Below are positions 21,329 to 32,060 of a stretch of DNA of 64,000 bases, in pieces. The stretch spans positions 64,713-128,712 of the forward strand of contig CAWIMJ010000025.1 of assembly GCA_963837175.1 (NCBI GenBank). The letters are read 5' to 3'. The position numbers and the translations under genes are program-made. Within the stretch, counting starts at the first letter, position 1; each line of letters starts with the position of its first letter. The notes below the pieces were generated by a model. It was given only the letters and a program-made list of their open reading frames with translations. It searched no databases and had not been told where the DNA came from. The stretch is from an uncultured Nitrososphaeraceae archaeon. Lineage in GTDB: Archaea; Thermoproteota; Nitrososphaeria; Nitrososphaerales; Nitrososphaeraceae.

Positions 21329-22690
21329 TTATTCCATATCCCAATAGATCGTTTTATCATCATCGTCTTCTGGTTGGGGCTCAGGCTCTGGTTGGGGCTC
21401 AGGCTCTGGTTGGGGCTCAGGCTCTGGTTGGGGCTCAGGCTCTGGTTGGGGCTCAGGCTCTGGTAGAGGTTCTTCTTTCTGTTGCTTCTGAGTAGATGGT
21501 GATGAAGGAGGTTCAGATGGTGTTATTGGAACAGAAGGAATTGATTCTGGTGGTGTTGTTGTTGCGGTTTTAGTATTATTATCATTATCTCCCCTGACAG
21601 AAGACGAAGAACGAGATCCTACTATCCCAGTAACATTTATGTTATAATATTTTGTTAAATAAGCAGCATTAGTATTATTATTATTGTTATTATTTTCATT
21701 ATTATTCTTGTTATCATCATCTAAACACGATATTTGTGCAGTCAACTCGTTTGTTCCGTTTGTAATTACGTGATATGTAGGGGTATACGTAAAAGTCCAA
21801 GAAGAATAATCCTTGACTCCACCTGGACCTAATGCTTTCACAATCTGAAGTGGATTTTGGCCATCCCAACCAGCATACACTGTACAGTTAGTAGCTAGAT
21901 TATCTGATGAATGTCCCGCAATCGTGAAATTTCCAACAGGAATTTCTTGTCCAGATTTATGTGATGTGATATTTACATTGACTCTGTCAAGAGTGAAATT
22001 ATTTGCAATTAGAGGACTTGGAATTGAAGTTAGAGAAGAAATATTGTCTTTTACTATTACTCCTCCTTCTTTTACTACTCCTGTTTCTTTTGAAATAGCA
22101 TTAGCAGTATTGTTGGTGTCTATGGTAAATGATTGATGTTGATCTTCTTTTGCAGATGTTATAGTAGTCGTATTATTCGTAATCCTGGCTGCTACTCCAA
22201 TTACATTTACACTATAATATTTTGTTAAATTGACAGTACGTGTACCATTATTATCATCAAAACACGATAATTTAGAAGTTAGATTGTTTGTTCCGTTTAT
22301 AATAAGATGATATTTATCAGTATACGTATAATTCCATTTAGAATAATCATCTACTCCTCCAAGACCTGCTGCTATCGCTTTCTGAAAGGGCTTCGTATTA
22401 TTCCAATCAATATATACTGTACAATCAGAAGTTGCATTATCTGTAGATATTCCTGATATTGTAAGCTGGCCAACTGGCACTTGTTGGCCTGTACTTGGTG
22501 ATGTAATCTTTACGCTTATTATTGGCGGCAAATGCTGCGGCTGTTGTTGTAGTTGTAGTTGTGGTTGCGCTTGTACATATGAAGCACCATAATAATCTGG
22601 ATGAGTAGAATAAAGTAGTAGGATTATTAGTCCAAAAATAAATAAGATATTAAGTTCTTTTGTCAACTTTACCTGGTTAGACCTTGTCAT
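21329..22690 (-). CDS. Secreted surface protein with two internal Ig-like repeats and a Pro/Glu-rich tail
   Basis: Signal/TM segment; duplicated unit V.ITS...GQ..PVG..TI.G.S.DN....CTVY..W...YH.I.NGTN.LT...SC...LTKYY..NV.G; C-terminal PEPEPQ repeats. Confidence 0.75.
   Translation of the reverse strand: MTRSNQVKLTKELNILFIFGLIILLLYSTHPDYYGASYVQAQPQLQLQQQPQHLPPIISVKITSPSTGQQVPVGQLTISGISTDNATSDCTVYIDWNNTKPFQKAIAAGLGGVDDYSKWNYTYTDKYHLIINGTNNLTSKLSCFDDNNGTRTVNLTKYYSVNVIGVAARITNNTTTITSAKEDQHQSFTIDTNNTANAISKETGVVKEGGVIVKDNISSLTSIPSPLIANNFTLDRVNVNITSHKSGQEIPVGNFTIAGHSSDNLATNCTVYAGWDGQNPLQIVKALGPGGVKDYSSWTFTYTPTYHVITNGTNELTAQISCLDDDNKNNNENNNNNNNTNAAYLTKYYNINVTGIVGSRSSSSVRGDNDNNTKTATTTPPESIPSVPITPSEPPSSPSTQKQQKEEPLPEPEPQPEPEPQPEPEPQPEPEPQPEPEPQPEDDDDKTIYWDME
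21369..21464. repeat. Perfect 18-bp tandem repeat (TCTGGTTGGGGCTCAGGC, about 5.3 copies) encoding PEPEPQ
   Basis: Read directly from the sequence. Confidence 0.95.
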
Positions 22691-22915
22691 ACTTTATACT
22701 ACCTATCTATGACAATATTACTGCTACAATAATAGAGTTAGGAATAGAATGGGGATGGTCCTGTTCAATGGGTCTATGGATCTCTTTGACATGTAGAGAT
22801 GAGTTTGATGCTATTTCCAAAGGCCATTATATGAAACATTAGTTCCAGTTTTGAACCCGTTAATGATATAGAACTTTAACATATGATAAACTACATTACT
22901 GTCATTATATAATTT

Positions 22916-23566
22916 TCATTTTCTAGCCAATCGCTCAATCTTTTGCTCGAATTCATATCTCCATCCTTCTGGCAGAGCTTCTATTTTTGTTGCTCGCCTC
23001 ATAGTTTCAATGTCTTCGTCGTCTCTAACATAAAGGCGCACAATGTCTTTTATCGTGACATTATTTTCATCTTTTCTAATAATACTTATCTTATCACCTG
23101 CTTCGACTTGTCCTTCTTGTAATACCTTAAAATAAATACCTGGACGATCACTTGCCATAAATCTTCTAATGACATCCATACGTCCAAACCTAACGCCAAG
23201 TTTGTAACATGGCATTCTAGGCTGGGTTGCAACAAGTTTAGCTGATCCAATCTGAAATTTATTACCGATATTAACAGTATCTTCCATTAGTCCTTCAGTA
23301 GTAAAGTTCTCTCCAAACATCCCCCATCTAAGATCCATATCAGGAAACTGCTTACGCCAAAAGTCATAATGTTCTTCTGGATAAGAATATACTGCCTTGT
23401 CTAGCCCTCCGTGGACAGTTAAATCTGCTTGTCTGTCACCATCAAGGTTAAGCTTTCGCAACATTATTGGACCTTTGACTGGATCCTTGAAGATAGAAGT
23501 AGTTACAATTTGCCCATTAAAGACCACTTGTCTTGGAAGCCCAACATTGACTGAAAGCACTCTCAT
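22916..23566 (-). CDS. MOSC domain protein (YiiM-like, with 3-alpha domain)
   Basis: GDRQADLTVHGG.DKAV, FGENFT, TQPRMPCYKL and G.YFKVLQEG motifs. Confidence 0.92.
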   Translation of the reverse strand: MRVLSVNVGLPRQVVFNGQIVTTSIFKDPVKGPIMLRKLNLDGDRQADLTVHGGLDKAVYSYPEEHYDFWRKQFPDMDLRWGMFGENFTTEGLMEDTVNIGNKFQIGSAKLVATQPRMPCYKLGVRFGRMDVIRRFMASDRPGIYFKVLQEGQVEAGDKISIIRKDENNVTIKDIVRLYVRDDEDIETMRRATKIEALPEGWRYEFEQKIERLARK

Positions 23567-23639
23567 TGTTATACAAGATTGAATGCATAGTTTATAATTG
23601 ATTGTAGTTACAGGATGAAAATAAGAGGACTAAAATCTG

Positions 23640-24010
23640 TTTATCTTCATTTGGTTGCTTTTCTCCCTCATGGAAGCCCACGAGATATTTTCTTCCAATT
23701 TAATACAATATCGTGCATTACATAAAGTAGCTTGGTTGCCTTGTAATAATTGGTATTTGTAGATTCAGATATTTCTGCTCTTCTAAGTCTATCTTTTTGA
23801 AACTCTGAATGACATAAGGATTTCTTGAGTCCACCGCTGATTTTCTCTTGCCTTTAGGACAAATTGTTTAGTCTATTCTTCTAATGTTCCTGAGATTTAT
23901 AGAAATTCCAAGAAATATTGGAACCTACGGAGGTATTGGCTTTTTATATCAGGTGCTCGTAAGCCATACATAAAAGTTGCTAGAACGTCTCTTTCTTTTA
24001 GAATGAAGAA
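23640..24010 (-). pseudogene. Degenerate N-terminal part of a tyrosine integrase next to tRNA-Ile
   Basis: Fragments FMYGLRAPD.K.QY.RR, FV.KARENQRW.QE, FQKDR.RRAEISEST..NYYKATKL..VMHDIVLNWKKISRGLP resemble tRNA-associated Nitrososphaeraceae integrases; stops and frameshifts present; boundaries approximate. Confidence 0.7.
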
Positions 24011-24062
24011 TTTATATGTATATAATTGGAAGGTGGGCCTAAATAAAGCGTCAAGATTGACT

Positions 24063-24136
24063 TGGGCCGAAAGGGAGTTGAACCCTCGACCTTTCGATTA
24101 TCAGTCGAACGCTCCACCAAGCTGAGCTATCGGCCC
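24063..24136 (-). tRNA. tRNA-Ile(GAT)
   Basis: GGGCCGATAGCTCAGCTTGGTGGAGCGTTCGACTGATAATCGAAAGGTCGAGGGTTCAACTCCCTTTCGGCCCA folds as a cloverleaf with anticodon GAT. Confidence 0.97.
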
Positions 24137-24566
24137 GTTGATTTGTTGAAAATTAGCGATATTTAATCGTGTGGCTTTTGAAAATGAAATCCATTATTAT
24201 TCATCATCATAGACGTGTACAAATTTTATATGATAGAATTGTCTTATAGTACTTGCAAGGGATTATCGTAATCTAAAAATACTCGAGTCGAGAATATCAT
24301 TAAGCGAACTTTCACTATATATTTTATTAAGCGAATAAGAGCGCATGCAAACACCTATCTGTCGCCAATGAACTAAAATGATCTATGCAAATCTTGATTC
24401 ATGGATTTTGATCATAATTACTACCCTTTTATTTCTTTCATTATATTTGGTGTCAGTATATAAAATTTTCATGACCATATATAATTCAGTAGTAACTTAT
24501 AAAAAAAGTTCTCTCCGACTGCGTGGCTAGCTGTATTCTCTTTATCCAATCCCATTTAATGATTTG

Positions 24567-26408
24567 TTAATAATTGTTAATTGGAATACTGAAAACAAAA
24601 GTTGCTCCTTTTCCGTCTGCATTATTTGCAGCCCATATATTTCCACCATGTCTCTCTACTATGCTTTTAGAGATATACAAACCTAAGCCAGTTCCCTTTT
24701 CTGATTTTGTAGCAAATTTTGAAAATAACCTTGGTAGGATTTCAGAGTCTATTCCCACACCTGTATCCTTTACGGTAATTATTACATCTTTGCCTTTCGT
24801 TTCCGTTGAAATTGAAATGTAACCTTCTTCAGTGAATTTTAGAGCATTACTTAGTACGTTGGAAATGACTTGGGAAATCCTCTCTTTATCTGCTGATACA
24901 ATAACATCATCGGCTTTGTAAAGTACTTGCAAAGAAGGATTATTTCCAATATTTTTTGCGATATGATCTCTGAGATCTTGTACTGTGGCTGATAAAACTT
25001 CCTTTAGATTAAATCTTTCCTTATTCAACTTAAGTGACTGGCTTTCAATTTTTGAAACATCAAGGATATCCGATGCGAGTCGATCTAACCTTTTTGCATT
25101 CCGAATTATCAATGAAAGTTGTTCCTTTTCTATTTCAATAGTTTTCCTCTTATTATTGAACTGATGTTCAATAAACTCTGCTTCGCCCAGAATTGGCATT
25201 ATTGGAGTTCGTAATTCATGAGCTGCGATATTGATAAACTCCTTCTGCATTTTGTCATGAACTTTCAACTGTTCGTTTGCTGCGGCTAGCAATTTATTCG
25301 ACTCTATTAACGAGTCGTTTACTTTCTTGAGCTCTGCAGTCCTACCATTTACTGCGGTTTCCAACCTCCTGTTCCAAGACAAAATTAAAAATGCAATGCC
25401 AACTGCTATTGCACCAATTATAATGACCATGAGTGTGCTAAAGTTTTTTTGTTGCTCTATCACATTCCCAACGTTGCTTGTGAGCTTATGCGGAGAGCTA
25501 ATGAAAAGTGTCCATAGGTTTTTTCCCTCAATTAGTACTGGCTGGTATGATATTGTAGTCATCTCATTATCAATTGTAACATCTTCGGCGTTCGCCTTAT
25601 TTTGCAATGACCGTTTCAAAATTGTATTATATTGTTCTTTTATCTCAGGTGGAATCACTGATTGAAAATCTTTTCCTAAATAATCTTTACCTATAAGGGA
25701 TTGATTTCGAGCATATAAAATTACTCCATTTTTGTCCATCAATCCCACATTGCTTGCAAATTCCGGTGATATTTCATTTTGCAAAAACTTTCCCAAAGTG
25801 CGTATATCTATTACCGCAACGACAACTCCTTTGAACGTTCTCGATCCACCATTCTGAACTCCAGCATTAATATCTTTTTTCTGATTATCCAGTATTGGAA
25901 AAGAAATATAAAGTCTAGGAATATTATTGGATGACTCTACTACGCTACTGTAATATGCTGAATGCTTGTCTTTTGGCATGACAAAGTATTGTGTATAGCT
26001 CAAGTCCACTTTAGTGCCCATCGGGTATTTTGTATCATTTCTATTACTCCATGTAAGTAGTAGACCATCTTTATCAAGCAGGTAATATGCATTTGTCAAT
26101 CCACTCGTCGAATTTTGGGCGGTATTTAAAAGAATTTGCGACATATCCGTTCGATTATTTTGGATGGTCGGAGAATTAACAAGAATTCTCAAATTAGTTG
26201 TAATAGAGTCTATACCATGAACTAGGATACGCGATAAATCATATGCTTGTATCTTAGCATTTGACGTTACATCTTGTGAAGCAATTTTGGATATTTCACC
26301 TGCCGTAAAAGAAGAATACTGATAGGAAACCACAGACAAAGCCACACCGACCGCAGCAATTATAAAAAGTAACGCTATGTTATGGTTTGAGAGTGCTATT
26401 TGTATCAA
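24567..26408 (-). CDS. Membrane sensor histidine kinase (Cache domain + HisKA + HATPase)
   Basis: Two TM helices flank the sensor domain; AAHELRTP, NVLSNALKFT, DTGVGI and GTGLGLYISK motifs. Confidence 0.95.
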   Translation of the reverse strand: MIQIALSNHNIALLFIIAAVGVALSVVSYQYSSFTAGEISKIASQDVTSNAKIQAYDLSRILVHGIDSITTNLRILVNSPTIQNNRTDMSQILLNTAQNSTSGLTNAYYLLDKDGLLLTWSNRNDTKYPMGTKVDLSYTQYFVMPKDKHSAYYSSVVESSNNIPRLYISFPILDNQKKDINAGVQNGGSRTFKGVVVAVIDIRTLGKFLQNEISPEFASNVGLMDKNGVILYARNQSLIGKDYLGKDFQSVIPPEIKEQYNTILKRSLQNKANAEDVTIDNEMTTISYQPVLIEGKNLWTLFISSPHKLTSNVGNVIEQQKNFSTLMVIIIGAIAVGIAFLILSWNRRLETAVNGRTAELKKVNDSLIESNKLLAAANEQLKVHDKMQKEFINIAAHELRTPIMPILGEAEFIEHQFNNKRKTIEIEKEQLSLIIRNAKRLDRLASDILDVSKIESQSLKLNKERFNLKEVLSATVQDLRDHIAKNIGNNPSLQVLYKADDVIVSADKERISQVISNVLSNALKFTEEGYISISTETKGKDVIITVKDTGVGIDSEILPRLFSKFATKSEKGTGLGLYISKSIVERHGGNIWAANNADGKGATFVFSIPINNY

Positions 26409-26662
26409 TAATTTATATTAATTAGATTGTTGTACTTATAAATAAATCACACCAATACAATATTCTATAAATTTGCTTTGACAGACAAATGAATCCAAAA
26501 TGTATCCATTTGTTTTTAACCGATCACTTTGAGCAAATAATTAATTTATAGTATCTTACCTCAAATAATTATTGTCATACTCATCAAGAAAAACATGAAA
26601 TGTTTAAAAAATGCCGAATCATAGCCTAGTTTATTGTTATCGATAGGACTTGTATATAGAGC

Positions 26663-27166
26663 TCAAACTAAAATGTTCTTGAAACGACGTCTCAGATTAT
26701 TTCCACAAAGCTCACATTGGTTAATATTTGGCCCATATGCTTTATTACATGCACTACAAAAGTTTATCCATCTTCTAACTTTTGTTATGCCGTTATTTGC
26801 AATACTCCTGACTGGAATTTTTAAAAGGGCGGCAGTATTCTGTACTGCATAATCGTCTGAAATCAATATTGAATTTAGCTGAAGGGCAAGAGCAAGAACT
26901 GATAGATCGGCAGTCGAAAGTCTTTGGTAATCGCCAGTTTTTTTTGCTATTGTAACAACCTTTCTGAGAAATTCTTTGCTGGGTTCTAATATTTTTAATT
27001 TATCTGAATCTATCAAAAATTCTATTGCACCATATCTTCGGTTTAGATGTTTTATTTCACTTAAAATTGAATTCGTAGTGTAGCATGTTGAAACAGTTAG
27101 AAAAGAAACACCCGAGTAAAAGGCACTTGCATCTATAACCAATTTCTTAGAAGCCAAGTTTTGCAA
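26663..27166 (-). CDS. nob1: NOB1-family endoribonuclease (PIN + Zn ribbon)
   Basis: VIDASAF, LSTADLSVLALA, SDDYAVQN and CSAC...CELCG motifs. Confidence 0.88.
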   Translation of the reverse strand: MQNLASKKLVIDASAFYSGVSFLTVSTCYTTNSILSEIKHLNRRYGAIEFLIDSDKLKILEPSKEFLRKVVTIAKKTGDYQRLSTADLSVLALALQLNSILISDDYAVQNTAALLKIPVRSIANNGITKVRRWINFCSACNKAYGPNINQCELCGNNLRRRFKNILV

Positions 27167-27968
27167 GCTGCCTCATACCCTTTTTACGAAGTCGAATAAA
27201 TTGCGCATCAGGATAAAAACGAGAAATCTTTACGCTTTGTCCTGCAAACACCTTGAATATTTCCTGTCCATCTATTATTAGATTTGCATCATGAGTACTC
27301 TTAATTTCTACTTCCTCAGTAGGAATTACTAGCTTTGGCAATCTGTTAACTGACGCAATTGGACTGAGCATTAAACAGTTCATCGCTTCATGCAGAACTG
27401 GACTACCGATGGAAAATGAGTGACCCGTTGACCCTGTTGGAGTTGAAATAAGGATACCATCCATTCTCTGTTTGATTTCATCATTCATAAATCTTAGAGA
27501 TATAGTGGGTGTTCGTGTCAAATTTATTCTCGTAAATAGAAAGTCATTCAATGCAGCTGAAGTCGTCGTACCCTCTACTGAAGCCTGTATTCTGAGTCGA
27601 GAATCATAAAAATAACGTCCTTCCACTATTGCACTAATAGCATCATCTATTGAATCTACTCCCAGCTCTGCCAATATACCCCTATTGCCACCGATATTCA
27701 TACTGAATACTGGTATTTCGCAGGGAATAATTCTGAATGCTCTCAAAGTAGTGCCATCTCCTCCTATTGCAAAAATAAGATCAAGATTAATTGTTTTTAA
27801 TTCTTCAGGTGACTTTGATGTACTGTATTCTTCTAGTATCAGTGGATAAACACAATAAACTTTGATCTCTCTGCTAGTAAGTAACTTTGTAATCCTTCTT
27901 GCAGCCTCTTCAGCCTGAATACTATTAATTTTTGTTATTACGGCTACATTGCAGATTGCACCAGCCAT
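27147..27968 (-). CDS. nadK: NAD(+) kinase
   Basis: GGDGT, ALND, DGILISTPTGSTGH motifs. Confidence 0.93.
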   Translation of the reverse strand: MAGAICNVAVITKINSIQAEEAARRITKLLTSREIKVYCVYPLILEEYSTSKSPEELKTINLDLIFAIGGDGTTLRAFRIIPCEIPVFSMNIGGNRGILAELGVDSIDDAISAIVEGRYFYDSRLRIQASVEGTTTSAALNDFLFTRINLTRTPTISLRFMNDEIKQRMDGILISTPTGSTGHSFSIGSPVLHEAMNCLMLSPIASVNRLPKLVIPTEEVEIKSTHDANLIIDGQEIFKVFAGQSVKISRFYPDAQFIRLRKKGMRQLAKLGF

Positions 27969-28331
27969 TTAACTGAGATACTTATCAGTTGTCTTAGTCT
28001 TAAATGCATTTAGATCCATTTTGTAATTACTTTTGAGCATATCTACGCGCTAAACTATCATAATAACATTATAAATCTGTAAACACGGATTTACATTATA
28101 AATTATGGTATATCAAAAAATAATTTATTTCATTAGTGCAGTCTATTTCGCAGAGTAAACACGACGATCCTCTTGAGTTTGATTAAAATTATATCAAGTA
28201 TTTAATAGTGATATGTAAAATCTGTATATCAAAGGTTGAGGATCTAATACTAATGTAATTATAATGATAAATTCTCTAGGGATATTAAAAATACGTTTGC
28301 TAGCCAAACATATTATAATCTTTGCCGTATA

Positions 28332-28955
28332 ATGGTTAGAGATTATTCTGACCTAATTTTTATATCACGAACACTAATCATAATCCATACTACTATGACT
28401 CAGTCTAATTTGAAAAATGATGATTCAGAAACAAGAAATTTTTTTCTTGTCGTCTTTTATGCATCTGCTGTGGGAATGATACTCATTACATCTTATGGTC
28501 TTTATATTAGTGCTGGAGAATATTTTAATTCAGGTAGAATCGTTATTGGTGAAGTACTTGTCGATACTGACGTTCCTTTTTCAGGGTTTCCAAAACTAGT
28601 CACCTATCTCATGATTCTTTCGGTCATCACTTGGTATTGCGTAACTAAAATTGGTGGCGAAAAGGCGATTAATATACCAAACTCAACCAAATCTATTCTT
28701 CAGCTATTCGCGATTGGAATAGCTGTGATAGCACTGTATGAATTCCTTTACAATTTTATTATTTGGAGTTCTCTTATTACAGATAATGCACTAAAAGGCA
28801 TAATAAATACAGATCAGATAATTATACCTTATCCAAATCCAGAGACCCCCTGGAATCTTGTATTTGCAACAAAAATGAATCTAGCTGCGTTTCTTATATC
28901 TGCACATGCATTTTATAAGATTTCGAAATTCGGTGAAAAGAAAATACAATTCTGA
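28332..28955 (+). CDS. Hypothetical membrane protein (about 4 TM); true start may be ATG at 28395
   Basis: Hydrophobic helices and a PYPNPETPWNLVFATK segment. Confidence 0.65.
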   Translation: MVRDYSDLIFISRTLIIIHTTMTQSNLKNDDSETRNFFLVVFYASAVGMILITSYGLYISAGEYFNSGRIVIGEVLVDTDVPFSGFPKLVTYLMILSVITWYCVTKIGGEKAINIPNSTKSILQLFAIGIAVIALYEFLYNFIIWSSLITDNALKGIINTDQIIIPYPNPETPWNLVFATKMNLAAFLISAHAFYKISKFGEKKIQF

Positions 28956-29378
28956 TATAATAGAATTTATTTAAACTAAACATTTATGATTTGACTAATC
29001 ACCATACGGTGGATTATTCCAAAATAAATTTTTAAAATGATCGCTGAATACAGTAGTATGTGTTTTATGTTAAATTTTTGTCACTATAACATCATCTGAG
29101 GCGATTCAATAATTGTACACTTTCCTACAGAAAGATCAATTTGTAATTTCAGGATGTACCTAGGCTTCTAATAGCATTAGATCTGCACATTTTAATGAAG
29201 AGTAAAGGATTTGTTGGCAAGATATCACCAAAACAATATTGACACATTCTTTGGTTGGGCTAATATCAGGCTTACTAGATATTGTATTGCATGACAAAAT
29301 AGAATATATTACTTTTTATTATCGGATCAAATTTCTATTAAACTATATTCCAATTTCTCATTTAATCTGAATACATCC

Positions 29379-30290
29379 TCATTTCAATTCAATCTTGTAC
29401 CGATTCTCAGTCCATTCAACTAATGATTGTACATCCTTGGTAACGTAATCTGCTCCAGTAGTTTCTGAGAGTGAGAGCAGCTCAGTTGTACTCATTAATA
29501 CCATTTTAATTTCCGCTTTCAATTTTTCTTTAATTGACTTTGTAGCGGCAGATAGAAAGCGCAAGGAGCTCTCTTCAGATGAATAAATGAAAATGATCAT
29601 CAAACCCTTCTTGTTATTCCACACTTTAGCAACATACCGTTGGAAATCAATATCAAAGAAAGGATCTATAAAATGTTCAACATTGCCAATATATGATGAA
29701 TCCCAACCCAATATCTGCAGTGATACAGCTCCAATCTTAGCATAACAAATTTGGTCCTCTGATCCGACAACACTTATTGCATGTGCATTTGGCTTCATTT
29801 TATCTGGCCGTATATTATGTTTTAGTAAATCAACTAGCTCGGATATGATATTTAAAAGCGAAATTCGTTCTGTCACTCCCATTCTTCCCCTATTATAAAG
29901 TTCGTTAAGAGTATTAACGCTGGGCAAAACGACATCAGTTAATATTCTAATCTTTTCTATATCTGAATTTATTATATTTATTATAATTCTATATGCTTGA
30001 TTTTGATCACCAACCAAGATTGCATTCATAAATTTTTGCTGCACTTCAAGGTAGTTAATCGGAAATTCAAATTCTGTTACGCCTGTTTCTAGAAACCACA
30101 CATTTACAGAGCCTACCTTTTTTTTCTTGATCAGGCCAATTGTATACAATACATCGAGATATTTTGTTATTGTCATCCTGTTAATCCCAGTTTCGTTAGA
30201 AACTTCAACTCCCGACAGACCGGTAACATTACTTTGCAAAACATCAATAATCTTGCGTTTTACTTCCTCCAATGTGTACCGTCTGTACAT
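29379..30290 (-). CDS. wHTH transcriptional regulator with a B12-binding-like helical cap and Rossmann domain
   Basis: N-terminal HTH (GLSGVEV...GINRMTITKYL); V.LPSV..L.ELY.RG.M.VTE cap; LQILGW.S.YIG. Start taken at ATG 30290, divergent from argG. Confidence 0.7.
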   Translation of the reverse strand: MYRRYTLEEVKRKIIDVLQSNVTGLSGVEVSNETGINRMTITKYLDVLYTIGLIKKKKVGSVNVWFLETGVTEFEFPINYLEVQQKFMNAILVGDQNQAYRIIINIINSDIEKIRILTDVVLPSVNTLNELYNRGRMGVTERISLLNIISELVDLLKHNIRPDKMKPNAHAISVVGSEDQICYAKIGAVSLQILGWDSSYIGNVEHFIDPFFDIDFQRYVAKVWNNKKGLMIIFIYSSEESSLRFLSAATKSIKEKLKAEIKMVLMSTTELLSLSETTGADYVTKDVQSLVEWTENRYKIELK

Positions 30291-30640
30291 GATCTCGTTA
30301 AGATTTTGGCATAATAAAATCTTTATCAACATTTTTTTGAAAAAGCATGAAATAGATACTAAATCAGTTATTGCATAAAGTAATCTACATGACGTCAGCC
30401 ATTTTTTACGCGTACTATAATATCCATATATCACGAGATGTTCTCTCCAACAATGTTTGATGTTCTTGAGCTAAGTTGACTTAAGATGATGATTAACTGT
30501 CCATAAGTTCTCTTTTTCTATGTATATGATGGAACTGTGATTTATCCAGATTTAACTACAAAGCTCATCTTATAACCTATTTTAGGTCATCATGGACCAA
30601 AAAATTATAAATGTAGTGTAATGAATGACAGCGCGTACTA

Positions 30641-31853
30641 TTGGTAAAAGAAAAAGTAGTTTTGGCATTTTCGGGTGGACTTGACACCTCAGTGTGCGTC
30701 AGATATTTACAGATCATTCATAAAGTTGGATGTCATAACTCTGACTGTAGACTGTGGACAAAACGAAGATTTTCAAGAAGTTGAAATAAAAGCAAAGACA
30801 ATCGGTGCCGTAAAACACATTTACATTGATGCCAGAGAAGATTTTGCAAAAAACTACGTAATCCCAAGCATCAAAGCAAATGGATTGTATCAGGGTAAAT
30901 ATCCTTTGGCAACAGCTCTTGCTCGTCCTTTGATTGCAACCAAGGCAGTAGAAGTCGCAGAGAATGAGGGTGCTACTGCCGTTGCACATGGTTGTACAGG
31001 AAAGGGAAATGATCAAATAAGGTTTGATGTTACAATGCGAGCCTTGAATCCAAATTTGAATATTATTGCTCCAATAAGGGACATGAACCTTACAAGAGAT
31101 ATTGAAGTGAAATTTGCCAAAGAGCAAAATATTCCTGTTGCCGACGAAGCAAAGAAATATAGCATAGATCTCAACCTTTGGGGACGAGCTATAGAAGGAG
31201 GAAATATAGAAGATGCTTATTTGGAGTCACCAGAAGACGCATTTCAATTGATAAAATTCAATAATACTGATGTCGGCTATATGGAAATAGAATTCGACAA
31301 TGGTATTCCAGTTTCAGTAGACGGAAACCAAATGCAAATTAAAGATTTGATATATTACATCAACAATAAAGCAGGCTATCACGGAGTAGGAATAACTGAT
31401 CACATAGAAGACAGAGTAGTTGGAATAAAATCAAGGGAAATTTATGAAGCTCCTGCAGCTACCTGTATACTCGAGTCTCACAAGGATCTTGAAAAGTTGG
31501 TTTTGACCAAGCATGAACTCCGATTTAAACAGATAGTAGACGAACAATGGAGCTGGTTAGTTTACTCTGGTTTATGGCAAGATCCACTTCGTTCAGACCT
31601 AGACAGATTTATAGATGCCACTCAGAAAAGAGTTAGCGGAAAAGTAAAATTAAAAATGCATAATGGATCCCTGAGAGTGGTAGGGCGAGAATCAAAATAT
31701 TCCCTTTATAAAAATGATTTGGCTACCTACGCAATGGGCTCTACCTTCGATCAAACTCTTGCGAAGGGATTCATTGAACTATGGGGTTTACAAACCATAA
31801 CTGCAAACTCAATAGCATCTAGCATAGATAAAACAGGCGAAAATCTAAAATGA
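30641..31853 (+). CDS. argG: Argininosuccinate synthase, with an apparent +1 frameshift near 30722
   Basis: TTG at 30641 gives KVVLAFSGGLDTS in another frame; the main ORF has YPLATALARP, HGCTGKGNDQIRF and KSREIYEAP. Confidence 0.93.
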
Positions 31854-32059
31854 AGATAGAATGCCATAGACATGGAGCAGAAATTAATAATCTAGGGAAC
31901 ATAATAGTTGGCGAATTGGCTCTCATATGGACTCTAGTGCTGGTGATGATGATGATGAGGATGAGGATGTCAACAACATTAACCCAAGAAATAACAATAA
32001 CAAAAGATAAAATGGAATTTAAGCTTGCTGAAAAGGTGGGCAAACACTGGGGACGATAG
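31850..32059 (+). pseudogene. lysW: Degenerate LysW/ArgW carrier protein
   Basis: Lies between argG and argX; C...GAEI....I.GEL start and FKLAEKVGKHWGR end resemble LysW, but three Zn Cys and the terminal EDWGE are lost and a GAT microsatellite is inserted. Confidence 0.7.
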
Positions 32060-32060
32060 A

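Noticed and set aside
21301-21495. ORF with LVGAQA repeats; GC-rich repeat superficially like a CRISPR array
   Set aside because: It is the antisense shadow of the PEPEPQ repeat; units are contiguous with no spacers and there are no cas genes.
29100-29270. Possible decayed small Zn-ribbon gene on the minus strand (CQYCF...)
   Set aside because: Only one Cys pair survives and frames are broken; too weak to call.
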